Shown piece by piece: positions 48,109 to 59,014 of a DNA stretch of 64,000 nt. Source of the stretch: a virus. The stretch covers positions 5,060 to 69,059 of the IMG/VR virus record IMGVR_UViG_3300044737_000031; one strand, written 5' to 3'. The position numbers were made by a program, and so were the translations under genes. Each line of letters begins with the position of its first letter. The first letter of the stretch is position 1. The notes under the pieces are model-generated. The model worked only from the letters and a program-made list of their open reading frames with translations. It ran no database searches and had not been told where the DNA came from.

Positions 48109-49580
48109 GTGCCCAATATTTTCATCGGGCCGCGCCGGCCGATCTTGCGTTGCACTCCATAGGTGACGCCATCAAAGGCGTGATCTTCCGCGTTATCATC
48201 CACATCCTCTTGATTGTTTTTATCGCGCGGAAGCGATGGGATCAACTCAATCGCGTTGATGCATGTATTGAAAAACTGTATCCCCGGCCGCCGATCAGGA
48301 TCATACCGGCTTGGCTGCAACAGCCGATGCAAGTTTTGCACACGTTGCACGCGCGAGCCGGGCCACTTCTCAACCGGTTTCCATTTGCATCCAAGATCGT
48401 TCATTTGCTCGCCGCGGCTTTTGGTGGATGCGCCGGTTTTACTGAATGCGGCCGAGTCCAACAACCCATCAAGCGTGTGTGTGTTGATGATCGTTTGCCC
48501 GCGCCCCAACCCGGCATCCAGTTCAATCGATAGATCACGCTTGCGCACAAGCTCGGCCACGCCTTCCGGGGTCAACATCGTTTTGTATAACTCGGCAATC
48601 ACAAAAAACGTGCGCGTGTCGGGATTGCGTGTGAGCCAATAGCCGGCAAAGGGCGCGCCATAACCATCATCCGCGCCGCGCCAGATTTCCCACCCGGCCG
48701 GGATCGGAAACGGTTTAATCACATGCCAGCCTTGGCCACGATCATCCACATCGCGCCACACATCGCCAAACATTGAGCCGGCCACAATCTTCCAATCACC
48801 GGTAAGCATCGCGCGCACCAAGAGCGGATCACCCAACCCCTGTAGGCGCTGGATGTACGCGGGATCATCTTCCATCAGGCTCGGATTGTCTTTGACTTGC
48901 GCCGGGATGTACCGGCGGATCATGCCGCCTTCAATGGCCGGCGTTTGCCACGCTTGCAACCCGTGATCCACCCAACCTTTCTTCACCCACGCGTGGCCGA
49001 TGTTGCCGGGGTTGCTTCCGCAAATCACTTTGGGAAATTGCGCGGCCAAATGCGCCGGCATGCCTTCCAACCCAACCTTGCGCAACCGGCCGCGCAAAAA
49101 CAAATACATGGACCGTGGCCAGTGGGTTAATTCGTCAATCAACAGCAAGTGAATTTCCGCGCCCTGATATTTATAAATATCATTCTCGTACTGGCAGTGC
49201 GCCAACGTGATGCGCGAGCCATTCCAAAAAACGATTTTCTTGGCGCGTATCCAACACATGCCGGCCGCAATCATCGGTGCCAGCAACATGGGGAAGCTCT
49301 TTGGCCCTTCCATGTGGTTGTTGATCAATTCCGGTGATGTGCGCCGGAACAGATAGCAAGACAGGCCGGGGATTTGGCAGCAAAACAGAATGGCCGCCAC
49401 CCGCATCAAATGGCTTTTGCCGCCGCCGGCCGCGCCGCCGTACAGAATCTCGGTGGCCGCTGAAAGGAACGCTTTAAGTTGTTGGGGATGCAGGACGAAT
49501 TGAGATTCCACCCGAATCGCTTTGCGATTGGCGGCCTTCTTCGCTTTGCTTCCCCTTGCCGGGTTGAGTATGTCCAACAT
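48105..49580 (-). CDS. terL: terminase large subunit
   Basis: ILYGGAAGGGKS (Walker A), LLIDELTH (Walker B), GSNPGNIGHAWV, nuclease GADDGY and EDHAFDGVTYG. Confidence 0.95.
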   Translation of the reverse strand: MLDILNPARGSKAKKAANRKAIRVESQFVLHPQQLKAFLSAATEILYGGAAGGGKSHLMRVAAILFCCQIPGLSCYLFRRTSPELINNHMEGPKSFPMLLAPMIAAGMCWIRAKKIVFWNGSRITLAHCQYENDIYKYQGAEIHLLLIDELTHWPRSMYLFLRGRLRKVGLEGMPAHLAAQFPKVICGSNPGNIGHAWVKKGWVDHGLQAWQTPAIEGGMIRRYIPAQVKDNPSLMEDDPAYIQRLQGLGDPLLVRAMLTGDWKIVAGSMFGDVWRDVDDRGQGWHVIKPFPIPAGWEIWRGADDGYGAPFAGYWLTRNPDTRTFFVIAELYKTMLTPEGVAELVRKRDLSIELDAGLGRGQTIINTHTLDGLLDSAAFSKTGASTKSRGEQMNDLGCKWKPVEKWPGSRVQRVQNLHRLLQPSRYDPDRRPGIQFFNTCINAIELIPSLPRDKNNQEDVDDNAEDHAFDGVTYGVQRKIGRRGPMKILGT

Positions 49581-50202
49581 CTAGAATCCTCGGTATATCG
49601 TGCGGATCGGACGCCCGTAATTGTTTCTCGCTCTTGTCACCGCCGCTTATCATCACGCTGATAGCGAATTGATTGATTTGTGTGCCCGGCAACGGGATAT
49701 CATCCTTTGAGGGCTGGCTATAGAGGCCGAGTAATCGCGCATGCTCGGCAAGGGCGCTTGTCATTATCGCGAGGTACCGCGGATCACCCAACCGGTTGGT
49801 GGTTTCGGTGCGCGCCCGCTTTTTCTTAACCTCGCCATCATCGGTTTTATCCTTCAATTCCTCGGTAACGCGTTTTATCTGATCAAGCCGGCATGAGCGC
49901 TCGTATTCCACGCGGGCGGTGTTGGCGATTTCCAATTGCCGTTCGGCGGCCACAATGCGCGCGTGGATCGTGTTGTGCGAGTTGCGCGCCACAAGCTCGT
50001 TGATGGCCTCGGCTATATCCAAGCTCACCATTTGCCGCGTGAGTGAATACTTCCCCTTGTTGAGCTTATTGATGGCCTCGGTGATATCCTCGTGCGACTG
50101 GCACCGCTTCAATAAAAGAATGATGTACGCAATATCCACCTTGCGTTGCGTGGCCGTACGTTTGTGGGCGGTGCTGCCGCCCTTTCCTTTTGATCTTGCC
50201 AT
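49474..50202 (-). CDS. terS: terminase small subunit (probable)
   Basis: HTH-like SLTRQMVSLDI, GDPRYL...ARLLGL; directly upstream of terL. Confidence 0.7.
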   Translation of the reverse strand: MARSKGKGGSTAHKRTATQRKVDIAYIILLLKRCQSHEDITEAINKLNKGKYSLTRQMVSLDIAEAINELVARNSHNTIHARIVAAERQLEIANTARVEYERSCRLDQIKRVTEELKDKTDDGEVKKKRARTETTNRLGDPRYLAIMTSALAEHARLLGLYSQPSKDDIPLPGTQINQFAISVMISGGDKSEKQLRASDPHDIPRILDVGHTQPGKGKQSEEGRQSQSDSGGISIRPASPTT

Positions 50203-50253
50203 TGATGCCGCAAAGACTGACGCAAAGAGCGCCCATCGCGCGGCATTGAATGT

Positions 50254-50828
50254 TTAGCCGCCCGAAACGCCGGCGTCAACAATCCGAAATCCGGGCGGGC
50301 AAATATGCTCGGCTATCGCCTCTTGATCGGTGCCGCCGTGATATTCCCTCAACTCACATCCGCACACCGTGCAATGTCCATCCTCATCCATCACGGCATC
50401 CTCGCGCCGCGGCAGTAACTTAATCTCAAAGCATGATCCAAGATCACGCCGGTATGTGACGTGCATGCCCGGCGTGACTCCCATCGATTTCTTTTCGCAA
50501 ATCGTTCCATTGCCGGCGGGCAACGTTTTGAAGTGCTTACATTGTTTGCACGGCCGATGTTCCACGTCCCAAATTTCAACCGCGGCATTCATCCCGTGAA
50601 ATGCCAGATCGTGCGCCAGATCGTTTCCACGAGCGCCACCCAAACGATTGGCTCAATCCACCACCATAACCCGCGGCGAATGCGTGTGCGGTTGTGCTCA
50701 ACACATAATCGCGCCGCGCTCTCGTGGCCTTGCACCACTGTCCATTCGCCGTTGCCGAAATCGATCAGGAACGTGTTACAGCCTTCCAAGTGCTCGTATT
50801 TCCAATCGTGTGAAGCTTTCAAACCCAC
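50254..50828 (-). CDS. two small hypothetical ORFs (50254-50592, 50589-50828)
   Basis: ATGA coupling; the first is Cys-rich. Confidence 0.5.
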
Positions 50829-51355
50829 GTGCCTTCCAATCTTTTATCGCCGGCATCAACGGCCATTTCCCGTGTGACCTGTTGCGGCATGTGGATTTCT
50901 TTGGCTTGCTCTTTGCACGCGTTATCGCACCAAACGTTGTGCTCGCTTACCGGCAAACCTTTGCGGCCGATCCCGTTTGCCAATTCGGATTTGTTGGGAT
51001 GCCCGGCTATCAATACCGGTTTCACTTTGCCCAACCGTTTTACGGCCGCTTGCGTGCGCTCAATGATGTTGATCGGTAGATTGCGCGTTTTGCCGTTGAA
51101 AAATACTCGCACCATGGCCACGAATGAATCGGTATAAAGCTTTCCCGTCCATCCTTCCGGCATCGCTTCCAACGCTTTCACAATCGCGATTTGTTCGGTG
51201 TGATTGTTGGTGATCGGCCGGAACGCTTGCACCCGGCCACTTTCCTCAAGTACTCGGGTACCGGTTTCATCTACGCCACACCATGCCCACGTGCCGCCTA
51301 TGTCTGATGGGTTGCGGCCGATCACGCCACCATCGGTGTAAAGCGAAATGATCAT
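50819..51355 (-). CDS. RNase H-like protein
   Basis: LYTDGG..GRNP, TNNHTEQIAI..ALE, LYTDS, AGH, HNVWCD. Confidence 0.85.
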   Translation of the reverse strand: MIISLYTDGGVIGRNPSDIGGTWAWCGVDETGTRVLEESGRVQAFRPITNNHTEQIAIVKALEAMPEGWTGKLYTDSFVAMVRVFFNGKTRNLPINIIERTQAAVKRLGKVKPVLIAGHPNKSELANGIGRKGLPVSEHNVWCDNACKEQAKEIHMPQQVTREMAVDAGDKRLEGTWV

Positions 51356-52436
51356 ACCTCAACCGCTTTGGCTAACGGATCATTGTTGACCACGAAAGCC
51401 ATGCACTCGCAATTGGGCACAACGCATTGGCTTTCCATTTCCTCGTGTTGCAACTGGCGATGGCCGCACGCGCATACCGGTGATCGTTCGATTAACACCG
51501 CCAACAGCGCGCTCATGTATTCGGATGCGAACAATTCAAACCATGAATCGCAATCTTTCGGCAATTCGTTTTGCACGGCCTTGGTGAAAGCGGCCGCGGC
51601 TGTTGCTTTAATCTGCGCCCGATCCTCTGGCGTGAGTTGTGCCACCAATTCTTTGACCCATTTTGCGCCGTTCATATTTCCACCCCTAATATTTGGCAAA
51701 GGATATCGCGTTGGTACGGATTGAGCATGGCTCTGATCACCCGGCGCACAATCTTGCGCGTGTACTTCCGTTTTCTGATTCGTTGCCGGCGCGTGATCAT
51801 ATCAGTGCGCCCATGGCATTTGATAGGCAATCAGGATTCGGACATTTCAACGGGATGCCGGTTGCGCCGTAATAGCGGCCGGGATTCTTGCACACCGCGC
51901 AATTGCCGCCATCCACTTGTGGCGTTTCGGTGAACCATCGCTCCACGAGCTTTCGTACTTTGGTGCGGTAATCGCGGTATTCCTGTTGTTGGCTCATTTC
52001 TTCCGCTTGCCTTTCGCCCGGCTCATCCTGCCTTGCTCGCTTCGTGCGTAGAGTATCGCCCGGTAAAGATTGTTTTTAAAATGGGCCGCGCGTTCGATTT
52101 TCACCGCGCCCACGCAACTCCAATTGATATCAACCGAATTCTTGGTGGTGATCCCGTCGCCACGCTCGCGCACTTGCACCGATACCGCCGGGAAGCTGCC
52201 AAAGATTTTTATGTGACTGGCCATCAGAATATTTCCAGCGTTACCGGCGGTTTGTTATCCATCGCGCGAATCGTGTTGATGGCCGCTTGTAAGCGCAAGT
52301 GACGCACCGCGCGCGATCGTACCGTGCCGCCCCAACGGTATGTTTGTTTCATCATGGCATACACGTTGGCCGGCGAGCTTAAAAACGAATCCACGGCCGC
52401 AAGCGCTTGATCAAATGGTGTTGGGGATTTCCACAT
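51352..52436 (-). CDS. five coupled small hypothetical ORFs (51352-51675, 51672-51800, 51797-51997, 51994-52224, 52224-52436)
   Basis: Consecutive start/stop overlaps. Confidence 0.55.
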
Positions 52437-52972
52437 CAGAGGTTGAACGGTTCCAATAGTGCATCGGCCGGTTGGTACAACGGATGCACCGGAGTGCCAT
52501 CATTGTTGCGGCCGAGGCAAAGCATTTCGCGCCCGGCCGATTTGATCAATTCCACCAATCGCGCCTCTCGGCCATTGTGGCGGCCGTCTTTACCCCATGC
52601 GGCCACGATCTTGTGCGCGTGCGTGGCCAGCAAAAGTATTGCTTCGTCATTCTCCGGGCCAACGGGATCATCTTCCGCTTTCATGTCGCTTACCTTGGTG
52701 GCCCGATATGCAAACGCGTTGGCCGTAGCCACCCACGGGTATTCCCATCGCCGGCCAAACTGAATGATGCGCCGCAAGGTGGGATCGTTCACCCGCTCAT
52801 CCGCGGTGCTCGGATTGAGGCCGATAAATAACACGAAACGATTTTGGATCATTTCCGGTGTGTCGCCCCGCTCGCTGATCATGGCGAGCGTACCGGTACT
52901 GCGCCAAAGAATGTACCGGTACAATCGATCCTTGGAAAACTTGTTAAACCGCAACAATTGACGCTCCCTCAT
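52436..52972 (-). CDS. DUF1643 family protein
   Basis: YRYILWR, FIGLNPSTAD...DPTLRR, NAFAYRAT, VGPEND, AAWG, HPLY. Confidence 0.9.
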   Translation of the reverse strand: MRERQLLRFNKFSKDRLYRYILWRSTGTLAMISERGDTPEMIQNRFVLFIGLNPSTADERVNDPTLRRIIQFGRRWEYPWVATANAFAYRATKVSDMKAEDDPVGPENDEAILLLATHAHKIVAAWGKDGRHNGREARLVELIKSAGREMLCLGRNNDGTPVHPLYQPADALLEPFNL

Positions 52973-53409
52973 ATCGCGGTGCCCATGAATAACCGGCAAT
53001 CGGCCGGCGGTTCCCAATCCCAAAGCGATTGATACCCGCGCGTGTACACTGGCTCGCGCAATCGCCGCGGGTTTTCTGTCATCCAAATGAATCGGCCGGG
53101 CGCGTAATTGCCAAACTGATACTCGTTAGTGGCCTTGAATTCGTTTGATTGATTGCGTGGTGCCTCAACGCAATCCACGAGCGTCACAATTGCTATGACG
53201 GCACCGAATGCCAGTTGGTTCCATTCCCGGCCGGCCAAACAATCCGCGAATTGCTTAAACCGGTAAAAGTGCGCTTCCCATTCCCGGCTTTTACTGGCAT
53301 GGATGGCCAGCTTGCCGCGGTGACTCGTGTACCAAGATCGGGTTTCGTTGGCCTTGGCACCGAGCGCCATCAAGAGCGCATGCGGGTTGTGAAGTGTGAT
53401 GGCTTTCAT
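52969..53409 (-). CDS. ASCH domain protein
   Basis: KAITLHNPHA...GAK.NETRSW.T.HRG.LAIHA, RGYQSLW. Confidence 0.88.
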   Translation of the reverse strand: MKAITLHNPHALLMALGAKANETRSWYTSHRGKLAIHASKSREWEAHFYRFKQFADCLAGREWNQLAFGAVIAIVTLVDCVEAPRNQSNEFKATNEYQFGNYAPGRFIWMTENPRRLREPVYTRGYQSLWDWEPPADCRLFMGTAI

Positions 53410-53423
53410 CGTGCGGGATGATT

Positions 53424-53447
53424 GAGCCTAAATTGGGGCTTTTTCCT
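53424..53447. promoter_or_regulatory. palindrome A degenerate copy GAGCCTAAATTGGGGCTTTTTCCT
   Basis: 22/24 identity to the 24-mer; about 15 nt upstream of the ASCH start. Confidence 0.6.
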
Positions 53448-55896
53448 CTGGCGGTGCCGCGCGCGGCACGATCCCCACTTGTAAAATATAGCCGGGCACA
53501 CCATCCAGATTGTGCGGCATGGCCGTGACACCGGAAATATTCTCAAGCTCGCGCATGCTCAAAAAGATTTGATTGGCCGGGCACTTGATCAACAACAGCC
53601 GGTTGGCTAACGCGCCAATCACCTTGTGCTCTAAAAGCAGTGGTGTGGCCATCGGGTACGATGGTTGCGGCTGTTGCGGGTTGGCGGCCATGCGTTTCAT
53701 TTTAACTTGCCGCGGCCGCGGTGCCAATACTGTGCAAGGCCGCAATTTGCGGATCGGCCAAGCCTTTACTGCGCGCCGCATCCAACGCGTTGATCACGGT
53801 GGCGATGCCGTGGTGGAATTTTTCGCGCTCGCTGGCGTCTTTGTATCCGCCGCCATAATCCAAGCAACCGCGGGCAATCTTCACCGCATCATCAAACGCG
53901 CCGGCGCATTCGCGCATTTCCGGCGGCGGTTGCGCCAGTTGCCGCACGAGCGCCGTAATGCGCCCGGTCAAGTCAAGTTTCACATCCCCAATGGTGTTGG
54001 GCACAACCAATTCATCAAGCGCCCGATGCGCTTTGCTCACATCGTTCAAATGATAGCAATCAGGGTGCGCAAACTTATTCCCGCTGCCGTCACCCATGCC
54101 GATCATCGATCCGAAAATTTCCAACTCGCAAAACTCGCAAATGTAATGCGTGCTCCTTGTCGCGGCCGCCGGCGGTTTACCATATCGATCACTCACGAGG
54201 CTACGCACCGCGCCCACAATATCGTGATCCCACGGCAAGCCTAACAGCCGGTGGATTTCGTCAAGCTGGCCCACCACTTCTAATCCTTGGCCGTTTTTAA
54301 GCGCTTCAATGTGCGCGTTGGCCGCGGCCAAGTGATCCCGCAACTCGTTCACTTTCTCATCCAGTGATGTTTTATCGGCCTCTTTGATCCACGTGGCCCG
54401 GCCTTGTGACATGGGTTGCAGTATCCAGACCGTGCCGCACGTCTTGCACTCTACCCGGTCAAGGTTGCCGGCCTCGCTTCTGAAATTGAATCTTGCGCCG
54501 GCGAAATCCCGCCAACAATCGTGTGTTTCTTTCATAATGTTTTCTCTGTCAGTTTAGCTAATTCTAAAATTGTTTTCTCGTGCGCATCGCATTGTTGCCG
54601 CAACCGGTAAATTTCATCGAACAACACGAGGTATGGATTGATCTTGTTTTGGATGCGCGGATAACACTTGAGCAAATCGCGTATGTCATAGCGTGTGGCA
54701 TTGTCGCGCGCGGCAATCACCACCGCATGCAGTAGCGTTTCAGCGTCCGCGCTCTTGCCGCGTTTTCTTGGTACGAATTTCTCAAATTGGAATTGTTTAA
54801 CCATGCCGCGCCTTGGCCGTAAATTGGATCAGCACCGCGCCGGCATGCACGCGCTGGAAAGTGGTTTGCATCACGCAACCGTTAAACCGCGGGATCGATT
54901 GTAATTCCTCAATCACCGCGCAATGCACGCAATCCTTGGCGATAACGGCCATTTGTTCAACGATTGGGCCGGCACCCGGTTCCTTGGCAAACGTAAGCTC
55001 TCCGCTTACTTGTGTGGCCTCGGTATCGTGACTGATGATGCGCCTAACGATCACCCGCGCCGATTCGCGCAAGAATTGATCCTGCTTTGTCGTCAACTTC
55101 AAATGCCTACGGCCCGCCATGTTTCCGCCTTTCCATTTCGCTTTTAAACCATTCGAACATCACCACTTGGTTGTGTGTGATCGTGTGCAATAGCCGCGCG
55201 CATTGGATCAGTAACCCAACGATTAACCCGGCCGTGATGTATGCGCCCCAACTCACCGCTTGTACCTCCCCACGGCTTTGATAATGAACAAATCCGAAAG
55301 CGTGTATTGGCTGGCCAGCGTATCAACAAGCTCGCCAATCGTGGTGGATCGATCCACCGCCAAGCAATCCGTTACCTTGATCAATCCCTTATCGCCTTGG
55401 ACGTGTCGCACCAACTGCAATGCCGGGATCACCGCGCCTTTTTCTTTCTCGGCCATCAATAAACCCTCTGTAATTCCTCGGCCGGCTCTTTGCCCTTGGC
55501 AGTGCGCCGGGCGTTTTCCTCGCGCTTGGCGGCCTTGCGCTCGCGCCGGGCGGCCGCTTCCCTGATCCGCTCTTGATCGGCCGGCGTGCTACCGAATGCC
55601 ACGCGCACTTGTTCCAACGTCATTTTGCCGTGCGGATACATCGAAATGATGCGCCAGTAACCGCCCATTGGGCCGCCGGCCGTAAACTCAATCACCGCGC
55701 CCATGCCGAGGATCGGTTTAACTTTGTGATCCGCGCCGATCATAATGTACCCGCCGCCATCGATCCCCAATAACACCACCGTGGTTGATTTTGTTTCAAC
55801 CCGGCCGTGTGCGTGGCCGATCCGATCAATCAGGCCGGCGCGTTGCTCGCCAAATGCGTGAGTTACTTTTTTGATTGTGCCGGTTCCTGTTTCCAT
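53428..55896 (-). CDS. run of hypothetical ORFs (53428-53700, 53702-54535, 54532-54804, 54797-55120, 55107-55256, 55253-55456, 55456-55896)
   Basis: Tightly tiled minus-strand ORFs with no family recognised. Confidence 0.55.
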
Positions 55897-56537
55897 AATT
55901 CAAGCGGTGTTGCGAACGGGCAAGCCTCTGGCGATGGCCAAGGCTGGCCGTAGTATTCCCCGTACGGTGGTGCGATTTCGAACCATCCAAAGTTTTGGCC
56001 GCTCATTTGATCAAGCAGCATCATGCATGCATCCGGCCGGCGGATGCCGCGGCTTTGCAGATAAAACAATTGCTCGGCCGGAAAAATAGCCTCGCCATCA
56101 AGCTTGCGGAAAATCACGCCATCCTTTTCCCGGCCCACGTACGACTTGATATCTTGCGCCAACGCGTACTCGTACGGAAAAATTCCAAGCGTGCCCTTTG
56201 GCGTGAGAATCTGTACACGCTTCACCTTAACGCCGGCAACCTCGCCAACATCCATTTGCCATGGCAATGCGTACCAAATGCTAAACGGCGGCACCGTGTA
56301 TTCAGTTTGGGGCGACTTGTGCACGATGATCCACGCGCCTTCCTCTGGCACGAGCTTGCCGAAATCTTGCGGAAAGTAGTTTTGAAATTCATCGTGTGCA
56401 CCGCCCATCCTTACCGATGCGGCAACGCAAAAATTCATCACGGCATCGCGGGTTTCCTCGCTTTCGTCGTAATCGGGGTTGAGGATGTATTTACCCTTTT
56501 GGATATCCTCTTTTAAACTTCGCCGGCGGCTGTGCAT
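55863..56537 (-). CDS. hypothetical protein with SufB/SufD-like C-terminal motif
   Basis: AEQLFYLQSRGIRRPDACMMLL. Confidence 0.65.
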   Translation of the reverse strand: MHSRRRSLKEDIQKGKYILNPDYDESEETRDAVMNFCVAASVRMGGAHDEFQNYFPQDFGKLVPEEGAWIIVHKSPQTEYTVPPFSIWYALPWQMDVGEVAGVKVKRVQILTPKGTLGIFPYEYALAQDIKSYVGREKDGVIFRKLDGEAIFPAEQLFYLQSRGIRRPDACMMLLDQMSGQNFGWFEIAPPYGEYYGQPWPSPEACPFATPLELWKQEPAQSKK

Positions 56538-56564
56538 CTTGATTTTTTCTTTTGAGATTGATGT

Positions 56565-57694
56565 TTAAAGTTTTATGCGTTGTTTGGATCGGCGCAAGCT
56601 TTTTCTGTTACCTCGGCAACCATCCATGTCCAGCCATCCAAGCAACGGTACATATTGACGCCACAAAATCGGCCCGGCCAACCGCGGGTTGCGCGCACCG
56701 GTTGATTGCAATGCGGCTTTGATCGATTGGCATTTAAGCCGGATATCAGTTGTCACGCATACGTGGCCCTCCACGATAGCTTGTTGCAACACGCGAAATT
56801 CCTTGCGGCGACGGGTTGCGGTGATCACTCGGCCACCAACCTTTCCACGGTTGCATCAAACTCGGCCGCGTTGCGTTTCACGCGCCGGCCAAATATCGCC
56901 TTGGCCGCACACTCGGCTTGCCGTTCCGAAAGTGCACTCAATACCAATTGCTCGGCCAATGAACGGTGAAATGATGTGCCCTGAGTATTCAGCGCTGCCA
57001 ACACATCGGCAAAATCCTCGCCACGCTTGGATTTACGCGCGTCAATTTCGGCTTGCTCGGCTTGCCACTTTGCGTGGCGGGCATCGCGTGCCGCATCGGC
57101 CAATGATTTTTGCTCGGCCGTTTGGCGGTTGCGCACACACGTTGCGATTTCGCCGCCGATCTTTTCCGCGCACGTGGTACCGATAAACGCACTTCCGCCG
57201 GCGTAATTGATTACCACGTGGTGAATTATTCCGGTGCCGCAATGCGCGCATGTGCCAGCGCCAGCCGGCGCGGCCGCCATCGCGTTGTTGTATGCGGCCG
57301 GGTTGTGCTCGGCTAGTGAGGCCGAGGGCAAAGAAAAGAAACCAACCACGCGGGCGGTTTTCCAATCGTTCGAATTCATTTGAGTTTTGAAATTGAAACC
57401 GGCACCGAGTTAGGCGGCCAGCAACGCGGCCGCTTTGGCGCGAGTGGCAAGCTCGCGCGCCTCGCGAGCAATGATGCAATCCATCCCACTGCTTGCCAGC
57501 GTGGCCGATCCGTCCAACCAAATGTAAGCTTGCACGTGCGATTTCTTGGCGCGCGGTGGCAAGACGTTCACCCGATCTTTAATCCCGCGGCTGGCGTACG
57601 CCTTGCGGATAGAATCGAATTTTTCCCCGGCGGGAATGGTGGAATCAGTTACCCGGTAAAGCCGGCCGTCAATCTTGATCGTTTGCGTTGTCAT
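56565..57694 (-). CDS. three hypothetical ORFs (56565-56828, 56825-57379, 57410-57694)
   Basis: 56825-57379 has CAHCG...IGTTCAEK and LSERQ motifs; 57410-57694 starts inside the duplicated promoter. Confidence 0.6.
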
Positions 57695-57752
57695 CGTGCC
57701 AGCATCATAAGCCGCTTATGATACCGCGCAACGCTTTTTTTCAACTATTTTT
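57687..57752 (-). repeat. 66-bp direct repeat copy 1: promoter plus palindrome B
   Basis: Identical to 61868-61933; TTGCGC-16-TATGAT-9 nt-ATG; ATCATAAGC-C-GCTTATGAT. Confidence 0.9.
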
Positions 57753-57915
57753 AGGGCGCTCAGGATGCCTCTAGCCGGCACCGGGCACGCCGGCGGCCGC
57801 CCAACCCTGATTACTCGCACCACTGTCAATTTGCCGATCATACCGGGTTATCTAGCAGCCGGGATGCCATCCGCCCGGCGTAAGTAGTTACGCGTTTTAC
57901 TTACGCGCCGCGTAA

Positions 57916-58536
57916 CTATCTGACTTGATCAAATGGCGTGATGATTGGCGGCAATTTGAGGCCGGTATTGGTTTTGCGCTCGCGCACGAGGTAGCCAATC
58001 GCCTCGGCCTCTTTCTCGTTGTCATGTATCCACGCGTGGTGGCTGCCAGCGCCCTCACAAATGCCCATCCACGTGGTTGTGTCACAAAGGTAGCGGCCGC
58101 GCCGTTTGATGTGGTGTGGCCGCGGTGAGGATTTGCGCCGGCATTGTTTGCCCGTTTTCGGATCAACGAATTCACACCGCGGATGCAATGGCCACCAAAT
58201 CTTTTTGAGCTTTTCGTATATCGCGTTGATGCCGGCGCGCGCTTTGGATATCGGCGCAAGCCTCTTTGGCCGGCAATGCAATGTGGAAGCTGCCTTGAAC
58301 AGCGTGCGCCGGTTTCTCAACAGTCGCACAACATTTCCCATCTTGGCTTTTGGCGGTTTGGCCGTCTTGATTACTTCCCCGGTTCGATCACTGATGTGCA
58401 CCAATCGATCCGCGTACTTACGCACGAATCTTTCCGCATACGGAAACCCGGCGCGATGCGCGATTTCATCCGCGGCCGGCGCGCTGATCGGCCCGCCTGT
58501 ATTCCACATCAATCCTTTGCGTACTGTGATTATCAT
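57916..58536 (-). CDS. HNH-like nuclease domain protein
   Basis: CE...C...PHHIKRRG...WMGIC...HHAWIH...AEAIGYL; conserved A/C leader at 58536. Confidence 0.65.
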   Translation of the reverse strand: MIITVRKGLMWNTGGPISAPAADEIAHRAGFPYAERFVRKYADRLVHISDRTGEVIKTAKPPKAKMGNVVRLLRNRRTLFKAASTLHCRPKRLAPISKARAGINAIYEKLKKIWWPLHPRCEFVDPKTGKQCRRKSSPRPHHIKRRGRYLCDTTTWMGICEGAGSHHAWIHDNEKEAEAIGYLVRERKTNTGLKLPPIITPFDQVR

Positions 58537-58603
58537 TTTGAGTTTTGAATTTGAGATACCGCCGCGGGTTTTATTTCCGCGGCGGCACTTTGGTTTGAAG
58601 TTG

Positions 58604-59014
58604 TTACTTGCCCGGCCCGGAACCGCCGGCGGGCACCGGCCCAACCTTGCCGCCCCGTTTTGCCGAGGCCGGCCCGATGTGCGGATGTTTCGGTGCGCGC
58701 TGGCTTTTCGGCCGCGGCGTAAAATTTCCATCGCCGCCCTTGATTCTTAATCCTTTTCCTTTCATGCAATCACCACCTTTCTGTTGCCGGGAAGCTATCG
58801 GCAATTATTGATCGTGGCAATTCTGCCGTTGCAGCCACATGGCCATCCACTTTTGTATGCACCCAATGGAATTGAGCGTGGCAATGGCCGTTTCGATATT
58901 GGGCGGCTCGGAATGTTCGCATCCTTTTTCCAAGCGCAAGCCGCCGCGGGATTCAAACACGGCAAGGTACGCTTGATCGTGCGCCAACGTTTCACCGCAT
59001 TGTGTGCAATTCAC
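58604..59014 (-). CDS. two small ORFs (58604-58765 basic Gly-rich; 58805-59014 CxxC)
   Basis: Tile the array. Confidence 0.45.

Noticed and set aside
48105-49580. Intein or intron in terL or the helicase
   Set aside because: Lengths and motif spacing are normal, with no splice-junction motifs
5306-53447. Palindrome A as a CRISPR repeat or transposon end
   Set aside because: Copies are kilobases apart with no spacers, cas genes, transposase or target duplications
57753-57915. tRNA or ncRNA in this intergenic gap
   Set aside because: Only short hairpins; no cloverleaf or T-loop consensus recognised
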